A DNA stretch of 64,000 bases from NCBI RefSeq assembly GCF_009914755.1, contig NC_060942.1. The stretch is one strand, 5' to 3'. A program made the translations under genes and the position numbers. The notes beneath the pieces are model-generated. The model was not told where the DNA came from. It saw only the letters and a program-made list of their open reading frames with translations, and made no database searches. Shown in pieces: positions 44,567-59,425 of the stretch; positions within the stretch are counted from its first letter, which is position 1; each line of letters opens with the position of its first letter. Origin of the DNA: the human T2T-CHM13v2.0 reference genome, Homo sapiens.

Positions 44567-45787
44567 GTTGGCAAATTTGGGCATCCCATTTCCAGTATAG
44601 ACAACAGAATTATTCTCCAGATTTAGAAAGAGAGAGGAAGGTGCCTCAGCCAGGGCATCTGATGACTACACTTGCAGAAGATGGTCTGAGCACCGTATCA
44701 CATCTGCTGAATAAAGTACGGATCAGTTCCGGTCCTCATGTTACCTTCAAGATTACTAGGCAAAAATAAAGTCATAGCTGTGGCTTAAAGCCTTAAACTA
44801 AATTCTGGGAGTTAATTACATTATGGACACGAATGCTTTTAAGAGATTGTGTATTTCTTTGCATCTGTATAATTGCATCATTAGTTCAACAGCTTCATTT
44901 AATGCACATTTGAGGGCCTATTACATACAAGCTGGCATTCCTTACCTGCTCTCCTAGTGTTGCCTCTTGGCCTTCTGTCTGTGACCATTCTACTTAAAGA
45001 AACTTAGGGAAGAAGGAAGATAAATATTCGCTTTCCTTTTCTTGGCCATAGAAGCACCAAGTTCAGTCATTCATTTCAATGGGAGCTGAGTGCATTCTTC
45101 CAGCCCTCAAAAGCACTTAAACTTTTCTGATGGCCCAGTGTTGACTATGTGGAAATTCCACGTCTCTGAAAGGAAATGGAAATGCTTCCTTTGTGGACTG
45201 ACCTATTCAGGAATTTCATAGGGCCTCAGAGAACATGACAGAGGGGGAATCTCAGCTGTGCACTGAATTTCTCTACTCCAAGTCACTTTCTCTGATTGAG
45301 AGTGCGCTGAAAATTGTTTTGAAAACCAAACTGAAAGCAACCACTTACTTACAGTAAGGGTTGAGAGGGGCATGTTGGATAAGACCCTTATGAAAGGGAT
45401 CCATAGAATCACTGTAATTTTGCAATTCGTGGATCTAGCCTATGTTTTTATGTAAATTGTGTGTGTGTGCCATGTGAGTAATGTCTGCCTTATAGGGAAT
45501 TGCGTAGAAAAATTACTCAGGCAATTCAAATGGATAACATTTGGCATGAGTTCTCATATTTTGACTGGCTGTTTGCCTGCCTATCTAGTGAACTTTAAAA
45601 AAAAAAAAAGAAAATGTTCTAACAGGCTTGGAACTGAGTTTGCAAAGATAGGATGGGCCCAAGTTAGTATTACTTGCAGCCCCCAGTAATTCAGTTCAGA
45701 AGATGACTGACCTCTGGCATGAGGGATGAAAGACATAATGAGGGAAAGCCGATGGCATCAGGAAAGGGAGCAATGTTTCAACAGCTA

Positions 45788-45849
45788 TTAGGCTGGTGCA
45801 AAAGTAATTGGTAATGGCAAAAAACACAATTACTTTTGCACCAACCTAG
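45788..45849. mobile_element. MADE1 MITE, internally deleted
   Basis: TA-ttaggctggtgcaaaagtaattg...caattacttttgcaccaacctag-TA. Confidence 0.92.
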
Positions 45850-46609
45850 TAATTGCTATAGATTGCACGAAGCCAGAAGGAGCCAGGAGGAGAGCTTATG
45901 GGGGGCCCTGTGGCTCGTGCCACAAGTTGGAATAAACACAGAATCAGATCAAGGCAATCGCCGTTTACCCTACTTTTACTGAAAATTTGATTTCTTTTTT
46001 TATTTACTTAAGGATTGAATTTGTTGCTAACTCTTTTCCCTCAAATGGTTCCCCCTCACCCATGCATTTCAGTGAAGAATATGTTTTCAGTGCATATAAG
46101 TGATGACAAAATTTGCATTTCTGTAGACTCCAGCTGTCTGGTTATGTAAATGATGAGCATACACTATATTGTATTTTCCAAAAGCACATGTGCAGCTTGT
46201 ATAGCTAAGTGTTAAATTTATTTCAGAACTTATTTAAAGAATGGTCCTTTGGGCATGGCTGGTGAATGGTTGCATGGAAAAATATACTCAAAGGCAGGGC
46301 AACGAAACTGTAGAAAATGTCTGTCTCAATTAAGGAATGCCCTTTGATATTCAAGTCAACTGTGTTACAAATAAATCAAAAAAATTCATAAACCCTCTCA
46401 AGTAGAGCCATCTGATTTTTATACGTATATAACTAAAATATCTTCACATATTACCTCTTGTCTTTATCCTATTAAAAAACAAACAGGCTCTCTTCAAAGT
46501 CACATCTCTGGGAAGTTCTTATTTTCTAGTTCTAGCTTTCTAATGCAGAAATATTGCCTCACTTTGATACACACCTTTATCTTTTTCAAACTACTTTTAC
46601 ATAAGTAAT

Positions 46610-46770
46610 CCCATCTAATTCCCAGATCAGTGGTTGAGGTTGACATATGCCCATTTTACAGATGGGTAAACTGTGATTCAGAAAATTGAAAACTCCTTAA
46701 ATTGTATAGCGAGTGAATAGCAGGGCCCAGATTCATATCCAAGACTCTTGGCCCCACCTCCAGCAGTATT
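46610..46770 (-). mobile_element. MIR remnant
   Basis: cccattttacagatgggtaaactgtgattcaga. Confidence 0.7.
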
Positions 46771-49700
46771 TTTCTTTGTGCAGTGGTGCCTTTTTTATCA
46801 CCTCAGGGGTGACCTCCCCTGTCCCAGGAGCCTAATGTCCCTCAGGGCTGCTCACTCTCTTCCCCTCCTCTGATTACAGTTCTCAAAGGTCATTTTATTA
46901 CTATTATTACACAGCTGACACTCATTTTATACTTAAATATTGCCTCAATCTGTCTTTTGTATTTTAAGCCTTTTAATTTCTAATTGTGGAATAAGTAGTC
47001 TTTTTTCCTGATTAAAAATAATTTTAAGTGCTATATTAGAGCTGGGGACATCCTTCAGAAAATCCCCTGAATCACAGAGGCTCTGTGGAGCTCCACGTGT
47101 TAAGCGGGAACCTAATTTATTTGGCATTACAGTGACGTAGCAGAGCAAGAGGTGAAAGGATTCATGGGTTGCCTGATGCTGCTGGAGCCCTTGTGAGGGT
47201 TTGTCGGAGCATATGAACTTGAGACCTTCCAACTCGCTGCTGTTAAGCCTGCTGCCTGTCAGCTCAGGTTGATCTGTGTTGTGGTTAGTAATTAAGATAA
47301 ATCTATTTTTGCATAGCTAATAGCTACTGCTCTGTGATTACTAGCTCATATCTTCTGTCCCAAGTAAACATTTATAAATACTTTGAAGACATCTCAGTGA
47401 AATTTAAATTTCCTTATAAAACTTCATTTTAAGAATAATGGGCCTGTATGCTATGCATAGCCATGATCAGTGTTTCCATGAGTGAGAGCCACATGAGTTA
47501 CAGTGGCCCTGTTCGCATAATAAATGTTTAGCAGGAAGCATTTGCATATTACATTATGAGGCTTCCTTTCTGGCCTTCCTGTGTAATTTATCACAAACTT
47601 TGTGAGAAAATACTTGCACCAAAGGCATCCTTGCACAAAACAACACAGGTAAAGGAGGCTTCCTCCTCCTGCTTCTCTCATCTTTTGGCTTTTCCCGGGA
47701 GTGGAATTGGCATATTTCTTGCCCTTTCTCCAGGAAACCATGGGTAGAACTGGGAGGATCTTATATTCCCAAAACCATGGCAACCCCAGACAGATTCAGG
47801 ATTTTAGAACTGCTGTGGTGTGCTGGGTCCCTGACACTGAAGCACCAGTCACACCAAACACTGCCACAGTTCTTTGTCTTCCCTGGTGTCACCCAGAACA
47901 CTCGTGTGGGTTTGCAAAAGATGCACAGGCAAAGTGGCCGCTTGTTGCATCTAAGTGTGGGTTTTAATGTGGATTTTCTCCAACAAGTCATTTGAATCCA
48001 TTCGAGATTCTCTGAAGTCTTATTTTAGGAAATTACCTCAGTTAGATAACAAATACATATTATTTTGTTCTCAATATTCCTAAGAGTTTAATTTCCATTT
48101 CACTTCTCTGTAGGATACTTGTCAACTCTGTCCAAAAGGTAAGACTAGATCTGTGCTCCTCCCAGTGTTAAACCGCATCATTCCCTCTAGATAATTATCC
48201 TTTGCATAGCTTATCTAAACCAACCTCTCACTTGCTGATTCTGAATCTCAGGGGTAGGACCTAGGAATCTGCAGTTTCACAAGTGCCAGTGGTTTTTATG
48301 ATCAGACAAGTTGGGTAATGGATCTGTTTCTTGAGCAAATATTTGTTAGATAAATACCACCTTTAGTTTTCCCTACTAACATACGCTTCTCAAAACACTT
48401 GGTACCTGCGTTCTATCTCTAATATTGGAACATTCTTTATTATTATTATTATTATTTTCCTTTTTGCAGGCAGGTAAGAGAATCATGTGGATCAGATTGT
48501 GTCCCTTCCAAAAATCCATAAAGCAATCCAGAGGAGCCTCACTTACTTGCTAAAGCCCTTTACAAATTACAAAGTGTTGCAAGTTATTTTTATGATTAGG
48601 GAACATTCTGGAATCAGTCACAGTAAATAGTTTATCTCTTTTTCAAATGAAATTAAAGCACAGCAAAATCAAGTGACTTGTCTAACAGTGCCCAGCAAGC
48701 CATCAGTTTGTAACAGATCTAAAAGGAGATGTCTGACCACTGTTCATCCCGATCTAACAAGCAGTAAGATACTGGAATTGATCAAATGTCTGAGACACCG
48801 TGGTTGAGACCCACTGTTGTAAAGCATGGAGATAGCTAACAGGATGAATCAGTGGTGGGGGCCTCTAGGTTAGAGAGTCAGTACTAAATCCGCTCTTGGC
48901 CACTGAGGGTCTCATTCCAAACATGGGAATGATAACATTGGATAGAAAACTATATGTTAAATTATTTCATACATTGCAATTGTTTCTGGTGGTAGATTCT
49001 TATCTAATAGTTAAAAGACGTTAGGAGAGGAATCGATCTTTTTTATTCATTGAGTTCCCCTTGGTAAGTGCGTTCCTGCCTGGGCTGGAAGGTGCCTTCC
49101 CGCTTGTGGTGCTGTCTTTATTTTTAAAGTGACAGCACATCTTTGCCTATTTTTTAGGGTACATTGAAGACCTGGGAAATATTTCTGTGGAAATTATTCC
49201 TGAAATCCCTTTGAAGTGTTTGCACTTTGGCTATTGTGTGAAGAATGGAAAATCGACTGAAGTGGCATTGGGTTGGGGTTAGTGCCTGTGTAATCAGATG
49301 CTAATGTAGCTGCCCTGCTACCAGCCCCATATCACATCCTCCTCCTACCACTTACCATAAAATTGCAGAGGATCAGCTGTGTACAGTAGGAGGTCGGCAG
49401 TTCAGTTCTGCACAATGCAGAATAAATCACTGAGAAATCAATAAACAGCAGCTGACAAGACCAACTATAGGAAAATTAAAGGCTGACGAAGAAGGTCGGG
49501 GAAAAGTTTGATCTTTCAGCTTAAAAATCTTAACAGAAAAATCCACTTTTTTGTTTTATATTTTAAAATAAAAGGTCTTTACTTATTGTTTTTATGAATA
49601 GATAATTAAAGAATGAAAAGAAAAAAGCGTTCCCCATCCTAGCTCTTGAATGCCTTAGTTCAAAACTTAAATAACTAGTGATGTTATTTATTTGTACTTT

Positions 49701-50558
49701 GGGTGATGTAGGGTTCAATAATGTGGTTGGTTGACAGAGACAAAATAATGAATTGTTCTCTTTGACTTCCTGTAGCTTTGGATGTGAATGTTATTTTTCC
49801 TTTTCTCTAAACTTTTTGGAGGCTTGCTTAAAGAAAAGTGTTGCTGCAGGAAGCCCTGACTCCCTGGTGCTTAACTCCATAGAAACACGCACGTGCTTAG
49901 AGATCCACACTGACCTCGCTCCCTCCAGACGCCATCATTTTGGTGCAGACATTATTCAGCAGACACTAGGAATATGAAAAGATACAAGAGCTGAGTCTTG
50001 ACCATTTGGAGTTCAGAGTCTAGAAAGAGAAATCCTGAGTAAATATTAAGTGCTTAATAACACTGTAAGGAGGCTTAAAATCTGGTGGCTGAAGGTCCTG
50101 GCTTGAAGACAGTTTAATGCTCAAGCCCCTCAAAGGAGATGCTGTAGTTATCGGTGGCCACAGGAGAAGGCATCACAGAGGGTTGGAAACTTAAGCTGAG
50201 TTTCGAAGGGCAGGCAGTTCTTAAGTAAGCGAGGAGGAGAGAGCAAGGACATTTCAAACAAAGGAGCTTCTCCGATATAGCTTCATCTTGTGTGCTGGGT
50301 GAGAATTAACAGTGCTGTATGTAAGGTGTGGAGTACGATGCCTGGTTTGTGAGGTGCTCAGTTGATGTTAGCTGTCATTCTGAAGGATGTGGCTAAAAGA
50401 TGAAGCTTCTGGAGACAGTGAATAAGGCAGTTATACCTTATTGGCTTCCATAACTTTTTTTTTTTTTTTACCCTGAAAGCCTGAAAGAGCCCATTACCTA
50501 CTTAACTTGGAGTCCTGATTTTTCCAGCAACTAGCTAAGAAACTAAATGAATCACTTT

Positions 50559-50868
<310 letters not shown>

Positions 50869-53554
50869 TCACTTTTTGCTTTACACCTCCCTTTTCTTCC
50901 ATGTAAAATGTGTCAGTTGGACTAAATAATATCTAGTGTACCTTCCATTTGGAAATATAGTAAATTTACTTTGCTATAATGAATGAAAGAAACTAGAACT
51001 CGAGATAATAAACTATTTCCCTCTTTTTTTCCTGAGTTTCTTTTTTAATGTGAACTGTAATACCTACCTGAATATAAACTTACTTTACATTCCTACTAAT
51101 AGTAAGGCACAAAATTATTTGGGAATTAAAATTTAAGAACAGACATTTAGGTTAGAATCAGATGGGTATTTCTTATATGTAAGTATCTGTTCCATCCTGA
51201 AATAAAGTAGAAAATCTTAGAATATCTATTTTTAGAAGTGTTTTGTAGTATTTGTGATTTCTGTAATGGGATGTTATACAGAGACATGAGTACATCCTAG
51301 ACTAGGTGACTTTTTAGGGTTGCTTTGTGATTTATAAGACAACTCCTTGTTGTCTTCCTTTTTCCTAATATCATTACCAAATTAATTTTCCTAAAATCTC
51401 TTTGGTCAAGGCATTTCCCTTTTCAAAAGCCTTCGGTGACTTTTTGTCTCCCAAGGTAAGTACAAAAGTATCTTCTTTGTCCAGATTTTCATCATTATCT
51501 CATACTATTTCCATTTATGAAATTTCTGTACCCATCAGTATGGTTGACTGCCAGACCTCAGAAATGTCCTGTTCCCTAAACCACTGAGTTTTGTTTTCAT
51601 GGTCTCACAGCCTGCCCAAACCTTGTCCATTCTGAAAGACCCAGTTCAAGAAAGAGGATTCACCATGTTGAAAACAGCAAGAATTGAGAAACAAATGTTA
51701 AAATGTTCATATTGTGACTGCCCAGGCTGGGTGGCAGCACAGGAATGGGGGCAGGTGGGTTAAGGAGGATGGAAGAGCCCATGGACTTGGTGAGATGGAG
51801 GGAGAGACAGCCTTGCACATGGGAGGCTGAGGTCAGGGAGGGTAGGATCTGAATTTAAGGAGGTGGCATACTTTGAGGCTGAAGGTGTCTTTGAAAACCA
51901 CAGGTCAGAAGAAGAGGCAGGGAAAGGAGGTAAAATTCTTTGAGCCAGATTCACTTTTAAAGTGGCTTATAGAGATACAAAGATTATAGACTGCAGGAGA
52001 TGAAAGACAGGAGAAGGAGGTGAGCTTCAGGGTAGATTCATTGGGAATATGTTTGGATGTCATGAAGATAATTTGACAACAGAATCTCCTTGAATGTGGT
52101 GTAAAACAAAAATAAAGCAAAACATATAAGAGGCATTGATGAACCCAGCCCAAGATCCTTTCCTGTAATTCAGGATATTTAGGATGAGGAAAGTATTTTG
52201 ATTTAAGAAAATCTAGATTGGAATAAATGGAGTGTCTATTCCGGACAGAACAGGCTTTCCCAAAAGAGGGACTGTTAGGGCCTGAAGAGCAGCAAAGGAT
52301 TTGACTTGGGTTGAAATTATACAAGGACAGATAGAAGAGAGTAGATAAGGTATACTCAGGTTAGAGGGTAGATTGGAGACAAATGTTGGCAGTGGAAAAC
52401 CGCAGCTGAAATATCAATGTCCCAAATCTCTGAAACAGGACCTGATTGCTGGGAGGGTGCAGGCAAGCAGGGACTCTCTCCTGGAGAGGGAGGACTGATG
52501 GGCACACTTTCTGATGATCATTCTTCACAGCCATCAATCTCTAGCCCTCTGTGCCAGTCACAGAGGTTTCACTCTTCATGGTTTCACTACATTCCCGTTT
52601 CTTTTAACCCATATTTAGGCTCATTTAAATATTTGATCATTTTTACTTCTGATACTTATTCATTGCTCTGAGTCACCCTTTGCCCAAAGCAAACTGTTGT
52701 AGCCTAGAGGGGACTTTTGCAGAAATATGAGACTTGTTACAATGATTCCCTACTCCTGTCTTTCCAGCCTAGCTTTCCAATGCAAAGGCAGACTTTAGAG
52801 TTTCACCCTTGCAGCTATTAGGAAATAACTGCCCAAGAAAATTATCACAGGTGACATGCAGAATGCATGGTGGCTAATTAGTTCAACTAGAATATCAAGA
52901 ATGAAGCTCAAGGTATCATGTTTATAACACAGCTAAGGACAATTTGATGTTACCTGTGCCTTTTAGAAGGGATCCCTCCTTCACCTTGAAAAGGAAAAAT
53001 ACGAATTTATTAGTACTTACCTTAAAATCATTTCTAGTAACATGACCAAATTATACGTATAGAAATAGGTATAAGTTGAAATGTTTCCTTGCACATTTTT
53101 TCCTTCTCATAGTTCATCCCTCCTTTTTGTAGAGAAGAAAACCAGGATTTGTTGCCACCGTGGTTTCCCTTTCTGTGTTTCTGGTTACTCTCTAGTGGAC
53201 CTATCTGTGTGGTCACGGTTCTGCAAGTTGGAGAGACGCCACTGGGGGGCATTGACCTGTGCTACTTGAGCACTATAGTGAATTCTCACCTTTTTCAAAG
53301 TAGTAATTAGACCTCTGGTAGTTTGTATTTTTAGATACATAATTTCCTTTATTGATTCCATACAACTTTGGGAAATAGTACATCTGCTTTTATTTTAAAC
53401 TGAAGAGTTACTTTAGAAATGCCATTTTTTGTTTCCAGAGGCTCTAAAGGATTTTCATTTCTGTGACAGATCGACAGGCCATGAAGATTTTCTCCAGAAT
53501 GGTAACTTGGCATCTGCCAGGACCTTCCTCTGGCTTTCTTCAGCCTTCTAATTA

Positions 53555-53886
53555 CAATCATGCCTCGATGAAGGACAGGGTACCTTGTGAGAAATGTGTT
53601 GCTAGGCGATTTCATCATTGCATGAACACCATAGAGTGCACATACACACACCTACATGGTTGAGCCTACTATGCACCCAGGCTATGTGGTGTTGCCTATG
53701 GTTCCTAGGCTACCAAGTCAATAACATGTGACTGTACTGAGTACTGAAGGCATTTGGAACACAATGGTAAGTATCTGTGTATCCAAACATATTTAAACCT
53801 AGAACAGGCGCAATAAAAACAAGGTGTACCATCTCATTTGAGACCACCGTCATATGTGCGGTTCATTATTATACAGCACATGTCTG
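53555..53886. mobile_element. Tigger3a-like MITE
   Basis: TA-caatcatgc...gagaaatgtgttgctaggcgatttcatcattg...cagcacatgtctg-TA. Confidence 0.85.
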
Positions 53887-54387
53887 TATATTATCTTTGT
53901 CATTTTGTGAAAACCTGTCACTTTGAAATGCTGTCTCTTAGCAAAAGGGATCATAATTCATTGAATTTTTTATTTTTCAAATGAAGTGTATTTTTTTTTC
54001 ATCCAGAATGTAGACTAGTGGGAAACACATGAAAGAGCTGGACTACTCAAGGGTGATTGGCAGTGGCCTCGTGCTGCCTCTTGCACTGGGGAGGGTGGAG
54101 GAGGAAGAGTGGTAGCAAAAGGCCATTTGCTAGCCCAACCCTGTCCTGCAGGGCTCCTGTCAAGAAGGGAGGGGAAGATGGAGGAGGACTTCAGTTAAGT
54201 AAGTCCCCTATCTTGGTATAAACACTATTCTTAGGGACTTCATGTTTATAAGGACAGGTTCAGTTTCACCAGCATAAAAACCTTCAAAAAGCAGTATGAA
54301 AATAGTATTAAATAATAAAAATTTTCAATTTGTTTGAAAATAAAAATTTTCAAATTGGTTCAGAAAATATTATGAACCAATCTGTTT

Positions 54388-54794
54388 TAGTTAACCCTTG
54401 AACAGTGTAGGGGCTGGGGAACCACAGTTGAAAATTCACGTCTAACTTGTGGCTCCCCAAAAACTTCTAATGGCCTACTGTTGACCAGAAGCCTTACTGA
54501 TAACATAAACCATCGATTAACACATATTTTGTATGTTATGTGTTTCACATGCTATATTCTTATGACAAAGTAAGCTAGAGAAGATAAAATGTTACTGAGA
54601 AAGTCTTAAGGCAGAGAAAATATATTTACTATTCATCAAGTGGAGGTGGATCTTCATCCTGGTTGTCTTCAGGTTGAGTGGGCCCAGGAGTGAGTGGGAA
54701 GTTGGTTTGGCTGTCTCAGGTGCCAGAGATGGAGGAAAATCCACATAGAAGTGGACTCGTACAGTTCAAATCTGTGTTGTTCAAGGGTCAGCTG
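54388..54794. mobile_element. Tigger2a (MER28)-like MITE
   Basis: TIRs tagttaacccttgaaca / tgttcaagggtcagctg; internal gcctactgttgaccagaagcctt. Confidence 0.88.
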
Positions 54795-56377
54795 CACAGC
54801 CTCCTGGGGTACATACCATCCCCTCTGTTGGCCACTGTGAAGGAGGAACGCCATTAGTTCAAGGATAACAGGGTCAGTTTGAAATGACCATGTACTCATT
54901 TTGGGGAGAAAAATCTATTTGAGCTTGTCAAAGTTTTTCTGTAGCTTCAAAAATATCAAACTGTAGGAGTTATAAAACTCCACTTTTAGATAATATACTT
55001 CTTAGCATTAAGAATTTAGACCTTTTAAGAAAAAAGTATGAATACATGTTTTAGGTACAGAGCTCTTTTACATCCATTAGTGAAAATTATATCTAAACAT
55101 ATCATCCCGAAACTCAAGATTTCATCATAAACAACAAATTCAAGTTAAAATGAATAAACCTAAGGTTTTTAGCATGAATTCCAGTTTTTTCTCTCTTTTT
55201 TAAAACAGAGGCAGTATAAGAATAATGAGATCTTATTTTGGTTTGCTTCATTTAATTAGGATTTCAGGAAATTAGGTAACTTTTTTCATGACCTTTAGAA
55301 TACAAAAAATTAATATTCGGTCAATTTTTTGAAAAAAATTTATCACCAGGAATTTAGGCAATTAAACTTTAAAAAATAACATGCAAAAGTTAAAGCAATT
55401 TAGAAAGCCCTTTTTAAGCAAATTATTTGGTTTTTCATGATAAGTAATCTTTTGACTGAAAATCTTATTTTTCCTGTTTTGTTATTTCAAAGGTTTTTTT
55501 GTTTGTTTTTGAAGAAGTGACATTTTCCTGGATTAGTGAATTGTTAAAAAGTACATCCTTTCTGTCTCCATTTTTTCCCTTTCTTAAACAAAGCAAACAT
55601 TTGTATACTCACACACTGAAGGAAAAAAGTGCAAGTGTTATAAGATAATTAGAACGGTTAGGATAATTGCCTTTTATGGATACATAATGCTTCAGTTGTT
55701 TACTGCTAAATGAAATGTAAAAGTATATATTAGACTAAGGAATAGTGTACAAAATAGATCTAAATACAAAGGAAATTGTGTTCTGTCTGAAAATTTGTAG
55801 ATGGGTCTAAATTAACAAGAATAAATTAAGAAGGATATATACACACTCATTTATACCCTTGTGCGTATCTCACATATGTGAACACACACACCAAATACAC
55901 TGAAATGTCCATATTTAGTGCCAAAAATTGTGATGAAAAACCAGTGGGATTATCCTTTGTAATAGCTCATTCTTTAAGTTGCATTTCAATAAGGCATTGC
56001 TGTGAATCCAGAGGAGATTGTCAATTACAGAATTTTTTTCATGATCTAGTATTTGCTTGGTGCCTCAGAGAAAATGGTTGTTCATCTCTGCCCCTCACTG
56101 TTCATGTTTGGGACTATTGTTTGGCTGCGCCAGTAGAACTTATTCTGATAAGCTCACCAAATTTCAGGAGTAGCCTCCTTTCAATAACTCCACACTTGTG
56201 CATGTGGCTTAGTGAACTTACTGGTGACTCAGTCATAGCAAGAAAGGGCATCTCATGTCTATGTGACTACAAATATCAGGGAACAGATTCTCCATCACCA
56301 ACCCCAACCTCTACCCTAACACAAAGGTGTATGACAAAATGAGACAAAATGAAACAAAATTGCTCCACATGCTACAG

Positions 56378-56437
56378 TGGCCTACTGTTGACTAGAAGCC
56401 TTACTGATAACAGAAACAGTTGATTGACACATATTTT
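56378..56437. mobile_element. Isolated 60-bp internal Tigger2 fragment without TIRs
   Basis: 54/60 identity to 54471-54530. Confidence 0.8.
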
Positions 56438-57368
56438 TAAATAAATATAATATTTCTCTAGTTAGGTTTTCTATTTCATTTTATTTTAAAGATGACAAAA
56501 ACTAAATATGCTTCTCAAACCTCTACCTTTTTCAAATTAAGTGAAGTCTTCTTCTCATTTAAAGCTGTTTATACTCAATTTGAAATATGAAACATAGCTT
56601 CAAATCCAACAAAGAGAATGTTGCTAACTCTGGATAACACTTGGGGACTTGAGTCCCTGAAAGGCTGATTGACAACCAGATTGACAACTCTGATTGACAA
56701 CCTTGCTTACTTTGATAGGGCTTACTATACTTAGTATGATAGTTTTTAAATTAATTTAGAGCAGAACCTTTCCAAGGGATCTGTGACAAGAATGGTTAAA
56801 TACTGAAGTGTTGAAGAAAGAAATAATTTATCCTGAACTTTGAAAGTGTATTATTACTAATGAATTTAAAGATAAGTGTAGAATTGATCATTTATCATTT
56901 TTAAACCTTTTAAATTAGAATTATAATGAAAAATGCACTCCCCATCCCACACACACAAACCCCAACAACTCTTTAGGTGCCTACAGGTAGGAAAAATTGC
57001 ATTTATCTGAATTAATCTTGGAGTGAATACTAAAGTTAGTTGGAAAAGCTCCTGAAATGTATGAGACCTCGAAATATCAATTAACAAAAAATAGTACCTA
57101 AAATGTCTTCTAAGAAGTGTAGTCTTTTAACTAGGATCCTTCTTCCTGTGTAAACACTGAAATGAAATTTTGGAATGAACCTAAGGTGGTCCTGAAGTGC
57201 TGTGTTACTAGAAAAAGATATAATTGGTGGAAAGGGTGGATGGATACACAGGAAGAAGCAAGAACCTGAACTCCTGCTGGCTGATGGAAGAAAATGGGTG
57301 ATCAAGTTTTTGCTTCTGAATATTTGACATAAACATCATAATTAACCTCACCTAAAGAAAACTTAAAA

Positions 57369-57697
57369 GGCCAGGAGTAGTGGCTCACACCTGTAATTCC
57401 AGCACTTTGTGAGGCTGAGGCGAGTGGATCACTTGAGGTCAGGAGTTCGAGACCAGCCTGGCCAACATGGTGAAACCTCGTCTCTACTGAAAATAAAAAA
57501 GTTAGCCAGGTTTGGTGGTGCATGCCTGTAATCCCAGCTACTCGGGAGACCGAGGCATGAGAGTCACTTGAACCTCTCATGGCGGAGGCGGAGGCGGAGG
57601 TTGCAGTGAGCCAAGATTGCATCACTGCACTCCAGCTTGGGTGACAGAGCAAGAGTCTGTCAAAAAAAAAAAAAAAAGAAAAAAAAGAAAAGAAAAC
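57369..57697 (+). mobile_element. AluS (Sz/Sx-like) with a GGAGGC expansion
   Basis: Full dimer with A-tail. Confidence 0.92.
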
Positions 57698-58387
57698 ACA
57701 AGAAAAATATTTGAGAGTCCTCAAAGCTTTGTATAAACACATTCTTTCTGGTACATTCAAAAGGAACTGATTTCAGATTGGTGTAGGGCAAAGCAGAAAG
57801 TAAGTGTGTGGTCACAGAAATGAAAGGACAAGAGAGTTGACAAGAGTTACAAAAGACAGACAACAGATCATTAACATTGCTGTTGATTTAATTTGGTCAC
57901 TAGAAATGCGGCATTCATTTTTAAAAGAACGTCTATCTATCCATACCAATAATCTGGAGATGATCACACTTTCCAAGCAGAGAGCTGAAGTGAAGGCTTG
58001 AGGGGATGCCTCTGCCTCTCTTCATTTTCTTTCATCTACATGGCTGACCAATATTCACGCATTAATAGATTTTGGTTTCTCTCTGGTTCCAACATTTACA
58101 TAATACAGTAATAGTTATAGGAAAGGGTTTGCATGTTCATTATATAAACCCATACCGATTTTTTTTCTACATTCATCTATAAATTACATACGAGTGGGGT
58201 AGCTCTATTTCTTGCTAATTCCTGACAGTATTTATTTTAAGCATGTCTTTAATTCAAAGGGATCAAATATGTTATAAGGACCACGTATTTATTATTTCAG
58301 GTGTTTTACACAGTATATCACATTTTATCCTTAAACACATGCACATATAGGTATGACACTTTATACTTGTATAGTATAAAAATATTA

Positions 58388-58748
<361 letters not shown>

Positions 58749-59296
58749 TCAGTGCTTTATATAAACACACTTTTTACTAAAAAAATTTACAAAGCATATT
58801 TCCAGTTTTGCTTTGGAGTGAGGAAAACAAGTTCCCAGGAGCAGGTATCATGAGTCCACTTTACAAGTGAAATAGCTGAGGTAGGTGATATCACAAAGGC
58901 CACTGTTGCTTTGACTAGACCCAAGAACTTTGTAGCTCAAAGGTCTCTGCACTACATCCACCAAGCATTCATGGAAAACCTGGGACGTAAATAGGGAACT
59001 GTGCTTGGGAAGTACAGAGATAAAACAATTCTGGCCCCACCTCGCAAGGAGCTTACAGCCTTAAAAAGAATGATCATAGAAACTGTTAGGTACAAATGGA
59101 AACTTCTTGCTAAATACAAGAACTACTAAAATGTTACATGACCCAAGAGAATGGGCCAATGCTGAAGCCCATGTCAGCTAAGGCTGAGGTGAGGAAGTGG
59201 TCTTTTTGCCAAGCCTTGAAGGACAGGTAAGACTGCACTTGATAAAAGAAGGAAAGTAGGAGAGAATTCCAGGCTGAAGTAACGGCATTTATGGAG

Positions 59297-59425
59297 ACTC
59301 AGGAGGCTGAGGCGGGAAGGGAAGATTGCTGGAGCCCAGGAGTTCAAGGCTGGAGTGTGCCATGATTGTGCCTGTGAATAGCCACAGCACTCCAGCCTGG
59401 GCAACATAGAGTTCATATCTAAACA
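59297..59425 (+). mobile_element. FAM (fossil Alu monomer), 5'-truncated
   Basis: Retains the 7SL-like gcctgtgaatagcca segment that dimeric Alu right arms lack. Confidence 0.75.
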
